Assembly (NCBI GenBank): GCA_965223505.1
Contig: CBDCWP010000034.1
Coordinates: 190,810-254,809 of the forward strand
DNA: 64,000 nucleotides
Origin: Planctomycetota bacterium
GTDB taxonomy: Bacteria; Planctomycetota; PLA2; JAEUHO01
Reading direction: 5' to 3'
A program made the translations under genes and the position numbers. The notes under the pieces were generated by a model. It saw only the letters and a program-made list of their open reading frames with translations, searched no databases and was not told the DNA's origin. Of the stretch, positions 10,290-22,760 are shown in pieces. Positions within the stretch are counted from its first letter, which is position 1; every line of letters starts with the position of its first letter.

Positions 10290-11522
10290 ATGTCGATGCG
10301 ATCGACCGCGATCCTGCTGCTCGTCCTCGCGGTGGTCGCAGGCGCGTTCTTCGCCTTGCGCTCGTGCGACCGCGAAGAGGAGATCCCGCTCGACGAGCTG
10401 TTTCTCCTGTTGGATCAGGTCGAAGAGGGCACGCAGCAAGAGGAGGTCATCCAGCGACTTGGACGGCGCGGCCGCGCCGAACCGGAAGAGATGATCCCGC
10501 TGTTCATCGAGCGCCTACGCAAGGAACGAGCGGACCCCGAGTCCTCCGTGATCGAGTTCACCGTGCCCTACAGCAAGACGACGCTCGACGAATCGGCGCG
10601 AAAGCAGGAGCTGAGAGAGATCGGGCTCGCAATGACTCGGCGTCAGAACGTGTACGGGTTCGCCGGGGTCACGGTCCGCGTCGTCGGCCTCACGACGGAC
10701 GGCGACGGCGTGATCCAGCTCGAAGTGCCCCGTCCGTTCGACGAAGCCGAAGAGGCGGCGCTGTTGCAGCAGCGATTGCGGCTCATGTCGGCGCCTGGTT
10801 CGTCGGAGCTGCTGGTCGTCGCGGAACCGCCCGCGGAGGGCCTGAAGCCGCCGTCGCTTTGGGACGGCGACCGCGCTTCGTTCGATGCGTTCGTCGAGGA
10901 AGAGCGCGCGCGCCTGTCCAAGGCCGAGGCCGCAGAGGAGTCGCTCGTTCCCGACAAGCGGGGCTATCGGCTGGTACCGCTGCGGCCCCAGGCGCCGGGC
11001 AAGCCGCCCCGCTTGATCGTCTGTGTCGAGCCGGCGTCGCCGGCGGAGCAGTTCCGCGGCGATAGCTTCGAGCTGATCGACGCGCTCGATCCGCGCACCA
11101 ATCGCCTGCTGTTCCAGATGACCCCGTCGCCGGACCGCCTGAAGGACCTCGAGGCGTGGTCGACCAAGCATCTCCACCGCGATGTCGCCATCGTCGTGAA
11201 CGGCCGGGCCGAGGTGGTCGCGCGCGTTCGCCAGCCGATCACGGGGCGCATGGACATCGACGTCGGTCCGCTCAGCGAGGTCAACCGGCGGTGGGTGGGG
11301 TCAGTACGCCGCGCCATCGCCGCGCCGTACCCGCGGGAGATCGAGGGCCGCATCCTGCCGAACGACCCGCGCGAGCTCAGCACGAAGATGGCCCGCGTGC
11401 TCGCCGCGTGTGGCCCGGCCGCTGATCCGTATCTGGAGGCCCTGCAGCAGGAGGGCGGCTCGCTCGCCCGCCGGGCCCGCTGGGCGCGCGAGGAGCTGGC
11501 GAAGGCAGAAGCCATCAAGTAG
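10290..11522 (+). CDS. Membrane-anchored protein with SecDF P1-head-like domain
   Basis: One N-terminal TM; C-terminal HRDVAIVVNG...ARVRQPITG resembles the SecD P1 head; no SecD TM bundle. Confidence 0.55.
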   Translation: MSMRSTAILLLVLAVVAGAFFALRSCDREEEIPLDELFLLLDQVEEGTQQEEVIQRLGRRGRAEPEEMIPLFIERLRKERADPESSVIEFTVPYSKTTLDESARKQELREIGLAMTRRQNVYGFAGVTVRVVGLTTDGDGVIQLEVPRPFDEAEEAALLQQRLRLMSAPGSSELLVVAEPPAEGLKPPSLWDGDRASFDAFVEEERARLSKAEAAEESLVPDKRGYRLVPLRPQAPGKPPRLIVCVEPASPAEQFRGDSFELIDALDPRTNRLLFQMTPSPDRLKDLEAWSTKHLHRDVAIVVNGRAEVVARVRQPITGRMDIDVGPLSEVNRRWVGSVRRAIAAPYPREIEGRILPNDPRELSTKMARVLAACGPAADPYLEALQQEGGSLARRARWAREELAKAEAIK

Positions 11523-11653
11523 TCGGCGTGCCGCCGGTGATTCCCTGCCCCGAACGTCCGGATTCTCGGGGGCCCGTGTACCTTGTTGCGTCCGCCGCAG
11601 AAACGCGCAATGGAGCGTGTTTCCGGCCCGAATCGCGAAAGGAGCGAACTCCC

Positions 11654-13576
11654 ATGTCTGCCACCGTCGAACTCCGTATGCCTGATGGATCGATTCGCAA
11701 GGTCGATCGCGGCACGACGGTCGCCGACGTGGCCGCCGACATCGGACCCGGCCTCGCCAAAGCCGCCGTCGCGGGCGTCATCGAAGACGACGTCGTCGAG
11801 ATCGGTCGCGCCATCGCGTCCGACGGGGCGTTCCGCATCCTGACCGCGCGCGATCCCGAGGCGCTCGACGTCCTGCGTCACAGCGCGGCGCACCTGCTCG
11901 CCATGGCCGTGCTCGAGCTCTATCCCGGCACCGACCTGGGCTTCGGCCCGGCGACCGAGCAGGGCTTCTACTACGACTTCAAGACTCCGGAGCCGATCAC
12001 CGAGGACGACCTGCCGCGCATCGAAGCGCGCATGAAGGAGATCGCGGCGCAGAAGCGCCCGTTCGCGCGTGTCGAGCTCGACCGAGCGAAGGCCAAGAGC
12101 CGTCTGCGGGAGGTCGGCTACGACCTCAAGGTCCCGCATGTGGACGAGATCCCGGAAGACGTGATCTCGTTCTACGACTCCGCGGACTTCACCGACATGT
12201 GCGAGGGCCCGCACGTGCCCGACACCGGCTGGCTCGAGAACGTGAAGCTGCTCTCGGTCAGCGGCGCGTACTGGCGCGGCGACGCCCAGGGTGAGCCCAT
12301 GCAGCGCGTGCGCGGAACCGGCTTCTTCACCGCCAAGGAGCTCAAGAAGCACCTCCACATGCTGGAGGAGGCCAAGAAGCGCGATCATCGCCGTATCGGG
12401 CGCGAGATGGACTTGTTCTCCCTGCACGAGGAGGGGCCCGGGTTCCCGTTCTGGCACCCCAACGGCACCGTGCTCTGGAACGAGCTCGAGCGGCTCTTGC
12501 GCGAGGAGCTCACCGCGCGCGGCTACGGCGAGGTGCGCACCCCGGCGGTGCTGTCCGACAAGCTCTGGCGGACCTCCGGTCACTACGACCACTTCCGCGA
12601 GAACATGTACTTCCTCGAGATGGACGAGCGCTCGTACGCGGTCAAGCCGATGAACTGCCCCGGCTGCTGTCTCGTCTACGGCACCCGTCCGCGCTCGTAC
12701 AAGGAGCTGCCGCTGCGGATGGCCGAGTTCGGCCTGTGCCACCGGCACGAGATGTCGGGCGTCCTGCACGGTCTCATGCGGGTGCGTTCGTTCACCCAGG
12801 ACGACGCGCACGTGTACTGCACCGAGGAGCAGCTCGAGTCCGAGATCGGCGACATGATCGACATGACCAAGAAGGTCTACGAGATCCTCGGCTTCGACGA
12901 GGTGCGCACCCGGCTTGCGACCCGTCCCGACGACGCGATGGGCGAGCCGGCGGTGTGGGAGCAGGCGCAGCAGGCGTTGGCGAACGCGCTGGACAAGCAC
13001 GGCTTCGAGAATCAATGGGACTGGGCGCCGGGCGAAGGGGCGTTCTACGGCCCGAAGATCGAGGTCCACGTCACCGATGCCCTCGCGCGCAGCTGGCAGT
13101 GCGGAACCATCCAGGTGGACTTCTCGATGCCGGCGCGCTTCGGCCTGGACTACACCGGCCGCGACGGTCAGAAGCACACCCCGGTCATGATCCACCGCGC
13201 GATCCTCGGTTCGATCGAGCGGCTCGTCGCCGTGCTGATCGAGCACCATGCCGGCAAGTTCCCGGTGTGGCTCGCGCCGGTGCAGGCCAAGGTGCTGTCG
13301 ATCACCGAGGCGCAGAACGAGTACGCGCAGCAGGTCGAGCAACGGCTCGAGGCGGCGGGCGTCCGCGTGCAGAGCGACCTGCGCGGCGACAAGGTCGGGT
13401 CGAAGATCCGCGACGCCACCCTCGAGCGCGTTCCGTACATGCTCGTCGTGGGCAAGCGCGAGGCCGAAGAGGGCACGGTGGCCGTGCGGAAGCGCTCCGG
13501 CGAGGACCTGGGCCCTACCCGGCTCGAGGCCTTCATCGACACCGTCCGCGAGCAGATCGACACCCGTGCGCCATAA
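11654..13576 (+). CDS. thrS: Threonine--tRNA ligase
   Basis: TGS domain, RHSAAHLLA, KPMNCPG, GLMRVRSFTQDDAH, GEGAFYGPKI. Confidence 0.97.
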   Translation: MSATVELRMPDGSIRKVDRGTTVADVAADIGPGLAKAAVAGVIEDDVVEIGRAIASDGAFRILTARDPEALDVLRHSAAHLLAMAVLELYPGTDLGFGPATEQGFYYDFKTPEPITEDDLPRIEARMKEIAAQKRPFARVELDRAKAKSRLREVGYDLKVPHVDEIPEDVISFYDSADFTDMCEGPHVPDTGWLENVKLLSVSGAYWRGDAQGEPMQRVRGTGFFTAKELKKHLHMLEEAKKRDHRRIGREMDLFSLHEEGPGFPFWHPNGTVLWNELERLLREELTARGYGEVRTPAVLSDKLWRTSGHYDHFRENMYFLEMDERSYAVKPMNCPGCCLVYGTRPRSYKELPLRMAEFGLCHRHEMSGVLHGLMRVRSFTQDDAHVYCTEEQLESEIGDMIDMTKKVYEILGFDEVRTRLATRPDDAMGEPAVWEQAQQALANALDKHGFENQWDWAPGEGAFYGPKIEVHVTDALARSWQCGTIQVDFSMPARFGLDYTGRDGQKHTPVMIHRAILGSIERLVAVLIEHHAGKFPVWLAPVQAKVLSITEAQNEYAQQVEQRLEAAGVRVQSDLRGDKVGSKIRDATLERVPYMLVVGKREAEEGTVAVRKRSGEDLGPTRLEAFIDTVREQIDTRAP

Positions 13577-13763
13577 CGGCACGGTGGGGAACGAGTTGCC
13601 GCGGTGGCCGGCGGATCTGACATCCGGGACACCGGGAAACAGGTGTTCAGCCCGTCGGGTTATGGCAATCTGAGGGACGACCCCGGCGCGCGTGCGAGCG
13701 CGCGCCGGGCGTTCGAGGCGCGCGCGTTGCGCGCTTCGTTACGTGACTTGGAGGAAAACCAAC

Positions 13764-14300
13764 ATTCGACCGCGTCGTGATTTCAGCATGCCTCGCGTCA
13801 CCGGACCGAGGATCAACGAACGAATCACCATCAGGCAGGTGCTGCTCATCGACGAGAACGGCACCCGGATCGGGATCGTTCAAACGCAAGAAGCTCTGCG
13901 GATGGCACGCGAGAAGGATCTCGACCTCGTCGAGATGAACTCGAACAACCGCCCGCCCGTCTGCAAGATCATGGACTTCGGGCGGTACAAGTACGAGCAG
14001 AACAAGAAGCTCCAGCAGAGCCGCGCCAAGCAGCACCGGTCCAAGCTCAAGACCGTGCGCCTTCGGCCCAAGACCGACCCGCACATGCTCGGCATTCGCG
14101 TCGCCAAGGCGCGCGAGTTCCTCGAGCGCGGCGACAAGGTCCAGCTGATGATCCTGTTCCGCGGACGCGAGATGGCGCACCAGGAGCTGGGCATCGCCCA
14201 TTGCAAGGAGGTCGCCAAGCGCCTCGAGGACATCGCCAAGGTGGAACAGCATCCGCGCATGGAAGGCCGGCGGATGACCATGCTCATGTCGAGCAAGTAG
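13764..14300 (+). CDS. infC: Translation initiation factor IF-3 (probable ATT start)
   Basis: RINERI, PPVCKIMDFGRYKYEQ, FRGREMAH; SD GGAGG 13750-13754 is 9 nt before in-frame ATT 13764. Confidence 0.93.
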   Translation: MRPRRDFSMPRVTGPRINERITIRQVLLIDENGTRIGIVQTQEALRMAREKDLDLVEMNSNNRPPVCKIMDFGRYKYEQNKKLQQSRAKQHRSKLKTVRLRPKTDPHMLGIRVAKAREFLERGDKVQLMILFRGREMAHQELGIAHCKEVAKRLEDIAKVEQHPRMEGRRMTMLMSSK

Positions 14301-14418
14301 GCGGCCGCGCGCCGCCTCGCCCGGCCCGTGATTCCGGGGGGAATCGGGCCCTTGCCGTCCGCTGCCGACCGGCCCCGAGGTCCGGCTCCAGGGGGCGTTT
14401 TCCAGCCCGCGCGCGCGC

Positions 14419-14446
14419 TTGACGGCGACCCCCGAGGGGGTACCCT
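14419..14446 (+). promoter_or_regulatory. Putative sigma70 promoter for rpmI-rplT
   Basis: TTGACG-N16-TACCCT. Confidence 0.4.
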
Positions 14447-14480
14447 GCGCCGTTCGACCCCTATTCTCGGACACGATCCC

Positions 14481-14678
14481 ATGCCCAAGATGAAGACCCG
14501 CAAGTCGATCGCGAAGCGATTCAAGGTGACGAAGACGGGCAAGGTGCTGCCGTACGGCTCGGCGTTCACCAGTCACATCATGAGCAAGAAGGATGCGAAG
14601 CGGCGCCGCCGCCTGCGCAAGCCGGATGCGATCACGGGCAAGCAGGCCGCGTCGATGCGCCGGTACATGGGCAAGTAG
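14481..14678 (+). CDS. rpmI: 50S ribosomal protein L35
   Basis: [22 protein letters not shown]; between infC and rplT. Confidence 0.96.
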   Translation: MPKMKTRKSIAKRFKVTKTGKVLPYGSAFTSHIMSKKDAKRRRRLRKPDAITGKQAASMRRYMGK

Positions 14679-14697
14679 GGGCTAGAGGGAATCCACG

Positions 14698-15054
14698 ATG
14701 GCACGCGCAACGAACACCCCGGTCCGCCTGGCCCGCAAACGCCGCCTGATGAAGTTCGCCAAGGGCTTCTGGGGCGCGCGGAGCAAGCAGTACAAGGTCA
14801 TGCGCGAGACGGTCCACCGGGCCTGGCAGTACGCGTACATCCACCGGCGCCTGCGCAAGCGTGACTTCCGCCGACTCTGGATCCAGCGCATCAACGCGGC
14901 GTCCCGCGCGCGCGGTCTGATGTACAGCCGATTCATGAACGGCCTGAAGAAGGCCGGTGTCGAGCTGGACCGCAAGTCGCTCTCCGAGCTCGCCATCCAC
15001 GATCCGAAGGCCTTCGATCAGGTCGTCGACGTCGCGAAGGCCGCGCTGGCCTAG
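14698..15054 (+). CDS. rplT: 50S ribosomal protein L20
   Basis: [36 protein letters not shown]. Confidence 0.97.
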   Translation: MARATNTPVRLARKRRLMKFAKGFWGARSKQYKVMRETVHRAWQYAYIHRRLRKRDFRRLWIQRINAASRARGLMYSRFMNGLKKAGVELDRKSLSELAIHDPKAFDQVVDVAKAALA

Positions 15055-15078
15055 GCGCGTCGTTTCCGCGCGCGAGCT

Positions 15079-15277
15079 GTAGGGGCGTAGGGGCGACCCG
15101 CGTGGTCGCCCAATGAGCCCCGCGCCTCGGGTTGGGACGCACGTAGGGGCGACCCTCGTGGTCGCCCAATGAACCCCGCGCCTCGGGTTGGGCAGCCACG
15201 AGGGCTGCCCCTACCGCAACCCGTTTTCGCCGTGCGGCGGCTCTCGTTCGTTGGGCAGCCACGAGGGCTGCCCCTAC
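15079..15277. repeat. GTAG-family REP cluster (4 palindromic units, BIME-like)
   Basis: GTAGGGGCGACCC[G/T]CGTGGTCGCCC at 15087 and 15143; inverted GGGCAGCCACGAGGGCTGCCCCTAC at 15190 and 15253. Confidence 0.88.
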
Positions 15278-15290
15278 ATTGGTTCGTCAC

Positions 15291-16303
15291 ATGCTGGACC
15301 GCCTCGACACGCTGCAAGAGCAAGCGCTCGCGAACATCAACGCCGCTGCCGACGTCGCGGCGCTCGATGCCGCGCTCAACCAGTACCTCGGCAAGAAAGG
15401 CGAGGTACAGGGCATCCTGCGCTCCATCGGATCGTTGCCGCCGAACGAGCGCGGACCGGTCGGCCAAGGCGCCAACAAGGTCAAGCAGGCGCTCGAAGCC
15501 GCCGCCGCGGACCGCCGCACAGCGTTGATCGAGGCGGCCGAGGCCAACCTCTCCGACACGGAGTGGGTGGACGCGACCATGCCACCGCCCGCCGATCGGA
15601 CCAGCAAGCGCACCGGCGGCACGCTGCATCCCATCACCCAGCTTTGGCGCGAGCTGGAGAAGGTCTGCCTCGGCATGGGGCTCGAGCTGCTCGACGGCCC
15701 GTGGGTCGAAGACGACGCGCACAACTTCACCGCGCTCAACATGCCCGCCGGCCACCCCGCGCGGGACATGCACGACACGTTCTGGCTGACCGACGGCAAC
15801 CTGCTTCGAACACACACGAGTCCCGTTCAGATTCGCGCGATGGAGAGCAGTCCTCCGCCGATTCGCGCCGTCGCGATCGGGCGCGTGTTCCGGCACGAAG
15901 AGCTCGACGCCACGCACGAGCACACGTTCCACCAGATCGAAGGCTTCTACGTCGATCGCGAGATCAACGTGGGCCACATGGTCTACGTCCTGCGAACGAT
16001 GCTGACCGAGATCCTCGGCGAGGCCGTCGACGTGCGGCTGCGCCCGTCGTACTTCCCGTTCGTCGAACCCGGCTTCGAGATGGACGTCCGTTTCCGCGGC
16101 GACTGGCTCGAGCTGCTCGGCTGCGGCATGGTCCATCCGCGCGTGCTGCGCGCCGGCGGCATCGACCCCGACGAGTGGTCGGGCTTCGCGTTCGGCCTCG
16201 GCGTCGACCGCCTCGTGATGATGCGCTACGACATCGAGGATTTGCGCCACTTCATGGCGGGCGACCTGCGGTTCCTGCGCCAGTTCGACGGGGGGGTCGA
16301 AGG

Positions 16304-16307
<4 letters not shown>
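15291..16307 (+). CDS. pheS: Phenylalanine--tRNA ligase alpha subunit
   Basis: HPARDMHDTF, LLRTHTSPVQ, YFPFVEP, GFAFGLGVDR. Confidence 0.97.
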
Positions 16308-18754
<2,447 letters not shown>

Positions 18755-18940
18755 CGCCGGCGTGTTTTCGCAACGCATGTCGCGCACGCACGACACGCGT
18801 GTCGCCTGTGCGCCGCGTCGCTCAATTGCTACGAACTAGGGGACGTGAAATCAAGCTTCCTTGTTGCGCTTGTTAAGACAAATCGTCCTGTACACGACGG
18901 CTTTGGGACGAACGTGTTTCGTGCGCCGCCTGTTCCGCGA

Positions 18941-18949
18941 TGCTAGAAT
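18941..18949 (+). promoter_or_regulatory. Extended -10 promoter element for 6S RNA
   Basis: TGcTAGAAT about 7 nt upstream of the predicted 5' end. Confidence 0.55.
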
Positions 18950-18956
18950 CCGCATC

Positions 18957-19145
18957 ACCGAGGCGAAGGCGGCTTTACGTCCCTGAGCCTATTTGAAAGA
19001 GAACTGGATTCCCTCTTGTTGGGTGTCTAGTGCCCGCAACGGCGGCCGGGCTTGACTCGGACGCTCGATTACAGGCGCGACGCACTCACAGGCGAGCCCA
19101 CCTGGACAGGGGCTCAGTTTGGATCCGACTCGCCCTCGCCTCGGT
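18957..19145 (+). ncRNA. ssrS: 6S RNA
   Basis: Closing stem accgaggcga/tcgcctcggt; conserved-like GTCCCTGAGCC and CCCACCTGG..GGCTCA segments; ~190 nt; downstream of pheT. Confidence 0.8.
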
Positions 19146-19195
19146 ACTAGAAGGCCCCGCGTGCGCAGCACGCGGGGTTTTCTAGTACCGAGGCG
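19137..19195 (+). terminator. 28-bp hairpin overlapping the 6S RNA 3' end
   Basis: cgcctcggtactagaaggccccgcgtgc-gca-gcacgcggggttttctagtaccgaggcg (2 G-U pairs). Confidence 0.65.
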
Positions 19196-19378
19196 TTTCT
19201 ACGTTCCGCGCTGCGCGCTCCACTCACGTCCATCGCGCGGAGAGCAGGGCGCTTCGAGGAGTCGAACGCAACCGACCCCCGGGGCACACTCCGTCATGAG
19301 CCTGGAGCTCCCACGCGATGGACAACGCGCCGCAAACGCGGCGCATGTACGTCGACTCGATCTTGCCATGGCGTACCG

Positions 19379-19575
19379 GTAGGGGCAGCCCTTGTGGCTG
19401 CCCAACTAGGGACGCGACTTTGGGCGACCACAAGGGTCGCCCCTACAGCTCAACCCCGTGCGTTCACCCGGGCGACGTAGGGGCAGCCCTTGTGGCTGCC
19501 CAACGAGGGACGCGTCTGATTGGGCGACCACAAGGGTCGCCCCTACAGCTCAACTCCATGGAGGGTCGCCCCTAC
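19379..19575. repeat. GTAG-family REP cluster (two inverted doublets plus a half unit)
   Basis: GTAGGGGCAGCCCTTGTGGCTGCCC at 19379 and 19477; GGGCGACCACAAGGGTCGCCCCTAC at 19422 and 19522. Confidence 0.88.
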
Positions 19576-20087
19576 AGCGCGAACAACTCGTTCGGGACGA
19601 CCTCGAACCCGTCGATCACCGCCGACGTCGCGACGACGTTGCCCGACGCCAAACGCATACCCGTCGCCGACCACACCTCGACGTGCTTCTCCATCGGATC
19701 CACCAACCACACCTCGCCCACACCCGCCTCGATCAGCTTCGCTCGCTTCACGTAGCGGTCCCGGCGCTGCGTCGACGGCGACAAGATCTCCATTGCCACC
19801 AGCGGAATGCCGACGTCGTGAGCCGTGGGTTCGGGCCGCTCGCGCAAAACCACGATGTCCGGCTGATACACGTCGTGCTCGCCCAACCCGACATCCGACG
19901 GCGGCATGGGCAGGAAACAGGGGTCGACGACCTTCGTCAGCGCGAGAAACAGCCGCGTCGCAATCGAGTTGTGCTCGTACGTCGGCGAAGGCTCCTTGAC
20001 CAGATAGCCCTCGATCAGCTGCGCCGGGAAACCCTCCGGCAACGTGTTGTAGTCGGCCTGTGTGTACAGCCCTTCCATGACTCTCAT
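19572..20087 (-). CDS. Uma2 family (DUF820) endonuclease-like protein
   Basis: QLIEG....PSP..EH, QPDIVV, EILSPST...DR..K...Y/L..AGV.EVWLVDP. Confidence 0.9.
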   Translation of the reverse strand: MRVMEGLYTQADYNTLPEGFPAQLIEGYLVKEPSPTYEHNSIATRLFLALTKVVDPCFLPMPPSDVGLGEHDVYQPDIVVLRERPEPTAHDVGIPLVAMEILSPSTQRRDRYVKRAKLIEAGVGEVWLVDPMEKHVEVWSATGMRLASGNVVATSAVIDGFEVVPNELFAL

Positions 20088-20124
20088 GGATCATACTCGC
20101 GCGAGCGCATCGCCCGGTTACGCC

Positions 20125-20155
20125 AAAAAGGCCGGGCCGCTCGCGCAGCCCGGCC
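20125..20155 (-). terminator. Probable intrinsic terminator of the EF-hand gene
   Basis: GGCCGGG...CCCGGCC stem followed by TTTTT on the minus strand. Confidence 0.5.
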
Positions 20156-20182
20156 CCATGCGGGTTCGGATGTCCGTAGCGA

Positions 20183-20863
20183 CTACCGCGGACCGCCGCG
20201 CCCGCCGTGCCGGCGCTTGTGCTTCTTCCGCGCCTTCTTGGCGTTGGCCTTCTCCTCTTCGTTCAGCTCGCCGTCGCCGTCTTCGTCGAACTTCTCGAGG
20301 ATCTTGGCTTTGATCTTCGCGCGCCGGGACTCGCGAACCGCCTTGCGCTCGTCCTCGTTCAACGTCCCGTCGCCGTCCTCGTCGAACTGTTCCAGGATCT
20401 TCGCCTTGCGAGCCTTCTTCGCCGCCTCACGCTCCGACTTGTCCAGCTTGCCGTCCTGGTTCTCGTCGAACTGCTTCAGCAGCTTCTGCTTCACCGCCTC
20501 GGGCAGGCGACGTCCGCCGCGACGGCCCCGGGGAGCTTGGTCGTCGCCGCGCGCATGCGCCATCCGGCGACCGCGCATGCCCCGGCCCCTGCGACGCTTC
20601 GGACGCGCCTCCTTGGCCTTGGCTCTTTCGTCTTCGCTGAGCTTACCGTCGCCGTCCTCGTCGAACTTCTCGAGGATCTTGGCCTTCAGCGCTTCGCGCG
20701 CCGCCTTGCGTTCGGTTTCGTCGAGCTTGCCGTCGCCGTTCGCATCGAACTTCTCGAGCAACTTCGCGCGTCGGCCTTGCTTGCCTTCTTCCTCGGCCTG
20801 TGCCGTGCCGCTCAACAGTGTCGTAGCGGTCAGCACGAACGCCGTCGTGATCAGGAGTCTCAT
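20183..20863 (-). CDS. Exported EF-hand repeat protein
   Basis: Signal peptide ..GTAQA; five FDxDGDGKLxxxER loops. Confidence 0.88.
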   Translation of the reverse strand: MRLLITTAFVLTATTLLSGTAQAEEEGKQGRRAKLLEKFDANGDGKLDETERKAAREALKAKILEKFDEDGDGKLSEDERAKAKEARPKRRRGRGMRGRRMAHARGDDQAPRGRRGGRRLPEAVKQKLLKQFDENQDGKLDKSEREAAKKARKAKILEQFDEDGDGTLNEDERKAVRESRRAKIKAKILEKFDEDGDGELNEEEKANAKKARKKHKRRHGGRGGPR

Positions 20864-20945
20864 GACTGTCTCCAGGTTGGGTGTCGCGTGCTGATACCCC
20901 GACGAGGGTGGTAGGTTCTGGTTCCCGGCTGTTAGAAAGGCGCTC

Positions 20946-21749
20946 ATCTCGAATCCGCAGAAGACAGCTGCTTACGCCCTCCTTTCGTTCGCCCTCCTCG
21001 CTGGTTGCGGCGACAAGCCGTCGAGCGATGCGACGGACGCATCCCGCACCGTCTTCCTGCGTGTAGACGGTGAAGTCCGCTTCGGCAAACAGACGTTTCG
21101 GTTCTCCGCACAAGACGCGGTGGAGCGCGACAAAGCAGTCAGCGACTTCCGACTCGCCCTCCAGACGAGGTACGACAGGCCGGAGCTGCGTGCGCCGGAC
21201 GGTTCTTCGACGATCGTGCTACGCGTCGAATCCGACCCCGGTGCGGCGTGGCGCAACGTGCAGTGGATCATGCAAGCCGCGGCGCACCCCGGCGTACGCA
21301 TCTACAAATTGGAGCTGAGGTGCGCCGGCGACGCCGACTGTGCGCCCGTCACCCTGCCTCGCGACGCCGGGCTGTCGGTCGACGGGGGGATCCTCGTCGG
21401 CGACGTCCATGTCGATCAGGAATACGACAAGCTCAAGCTGACCTTCGTTCGCGAGAACAGGGCCGAGATCGACGCGCAGACCAAGCTGCGCATCGACCAT
21501 GGCGAGTCGTTCCTGTTCCCGTCGAGCGAGCGCGTGGACGACAAGGGCTTCGCGAAGGTCAGCGCCGTCGTGGAGAAGCTCGTCAAGGACAGGCTCGAGA
21601 GCGAGCTCCACAAGCCGGAGGTCGTCGAGATCGCGGCCCCGCCGCCGGCCGGCGGCGCCGTCCCCGTCGAGCACGTGCTGCACGTGTATCGCATGATCCG
21701 ATCGCTCGGACACGAGGTCTTCCTCTTCGACGGTGCGCCGCTCCGATGA
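20946..21749 (+). CDS. Hypothetical lipoprotein with ExbD/TolR-like domain (start uncertain)
   Basis: Frame is open upstream of the ORF-track start 21120 through lipobox ALLAGC; IVLRVESDPGAAWRNVQWIMQAA resembles the ExbD periplasmic domain. Confidence 0.5.
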   Translation: MSNPQKTAAYALLSFALLAGCGDKPSSDATDASRTVFLRVDGEVRFGKQTFRFSAQDAVERDKAVSDFRLALQTRYDRPELRAPDGSSTIVLRVESDPGAAWRNVQWIMQAAAHPGVRIYKLELRCAGDADCAPVTLPRDAGLSVDGGILVGDVHVDQEYDKLKLTFVRENRAEIDAQTKLRIDHGESFLFPSSERVDDKGFAKVSAVVEKLVKDRLESELHKPEVVEIAAPPPAGGAVPVEHVLHVYRMIRSLGHEVFLFDGAPLR

Positions 21750-21829
21750 TGAGCACGACCGGCGGATCGTGCGACCCCGACTACGAGCGCGTCCGCGCCG
21801 TGTTCGTGCCGGGTACGCGCGGCGACTGA
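21746..21829 (+). pseudogene. N-terminal remnant of a serine hydrolase (beta-lactamase family)
   Basis: MMSTTGGSCDPDYERVRAVF resembles the G.C.P.F..VR..F N-terminus of EstA-type hydrolases; stops after 27 aa. Confidence 0.35.
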
Positions 21830-21869
21830 AAGGGCCCGCCGCGCTTTCGGCCCTTCTTGGGTGAACCTC

Positions 21870-22760
21870 ATGGCTCGCAATCGCCACCTCACCCCGCTGG
21901 GGGCGGCGTTGTGCCTGGTCATCATCCTCAGTGGCTGCGGTGACGGCGTCGTGCCTCACGATCCCGACGCCGATCCCGAGGCGACCTCCACCGTTCGGCC
22001 CGGCCTCGGGTCGAGCAAGCCCGCTTCCGACGCGGCGCCGGTGGCCTGCCGCTGCTGCAGGGCCGCCCGGTACCACGGGATCCGCGTCGTGCCGCTGACA
22101 CAGCGCTCGGTCCCTCACTGCATGCCGGACCACGTCGCCGTATGTGCGCTACATCCGGCGGGCGACGCGCGGGTCGACGACCTCCAGGGCTACGCCATGC
22201 AGGTCGACATCGACTACGAGCCGGGCGGCCGCCTCGAGTTTCGCGTCAACGGCGAACTCGTGGCATCGGAGCGCTTCGAGCCGACCCGTGTCGTGACGCG
22301 CGGCACGCTGCCGCGGTCGGTGCTCGACCGGCTCGACGAGGAGCGCGGGACGCTGACCTGGGGCTACGTGCCGCCGAAGGGCGAGCCGACACTCAAGCGC
22401 GTCCGAATCGTGAGCCTGACTTCGAAGGAAGAGCGCGTGCTCGAGCGCCTGCAAGAGCGGACGCCGGACGACCCGATGCTCTATCGGCTGCTGCGCGGGC
22501 TCTACTTCCATCAGCTCGGGATGTACGAATCGGCGCGGCGCGAGGCGCTGGCCGTGCTCGAGCTCCATCCCGACGAACCCCACGCCCTGGCCCTGCTCTC
22601 CGACGCCCTCCTCGGCTTGGACTCGAACATGACGTCCCAGTGGATCGATCTGCGCTTCGTCGGCATCCGCGTCCTGCGCGAACGGGAGGCCGCCGGCACC
22701 CGCTGCGACCTCGAGAAGCCGCGGGCACCGAACGAGCGGGGGCCCACCGGCGGCTGCTAG
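21870..22760 (+). CDS. Hypothetical lipoprotein with C-terminal TPR
   Basis: Lipobox LSGC; TPR-like RGLYFHQLGMYESARRE..LELHPD. Confidence 0.65.
   Translation: MARNRHLTPLGAALCLVIILSGCGDGVVPHDPDADPEATSTVRPGLGSSKPASDAAPVACRCCRAARYHGIRVVPLTQRSVPHCMPDHVAVCALHPAGDARVDDLQGYAMQVDIDYEPGGRLEFRVNGELVASERFEPTRVVTRGTLPRSVLDRLDEERGTLTWGYVPPKGEPTLKRVRIVSLTSKEERVLERLQERTPDDPMLYRLLRGLYFHQLGMYESARREALAVLELHPDEPHALALLSDALLGLDSNMTSQWIDLRFVGIRVLREREAAGTRCDLEKPRAPNERGPTGGC

Noticed and set aside
10964..13582. 872-aa minus-strand ORF and similar long antisense ORFs (16226-18625, 22149-24167)
   Set aside because: Shadow ORFs of high-GC genes on the opposite strand
13577..13749. L20 leader or riboswitch before infC
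   Set aside because: GC-rich and possibly structured, but no family motif I can support by eye
15188..16303. 1188-aa PheT with long N-extension
   Set aside because: Extension overlaps REPs and pheS out of frame; PheT starts at 16304
19379..19575. REP clusters as CRISPR
   Set aside because: Units alternate in orientation and linkers are similar to each other; typical REP/BIME
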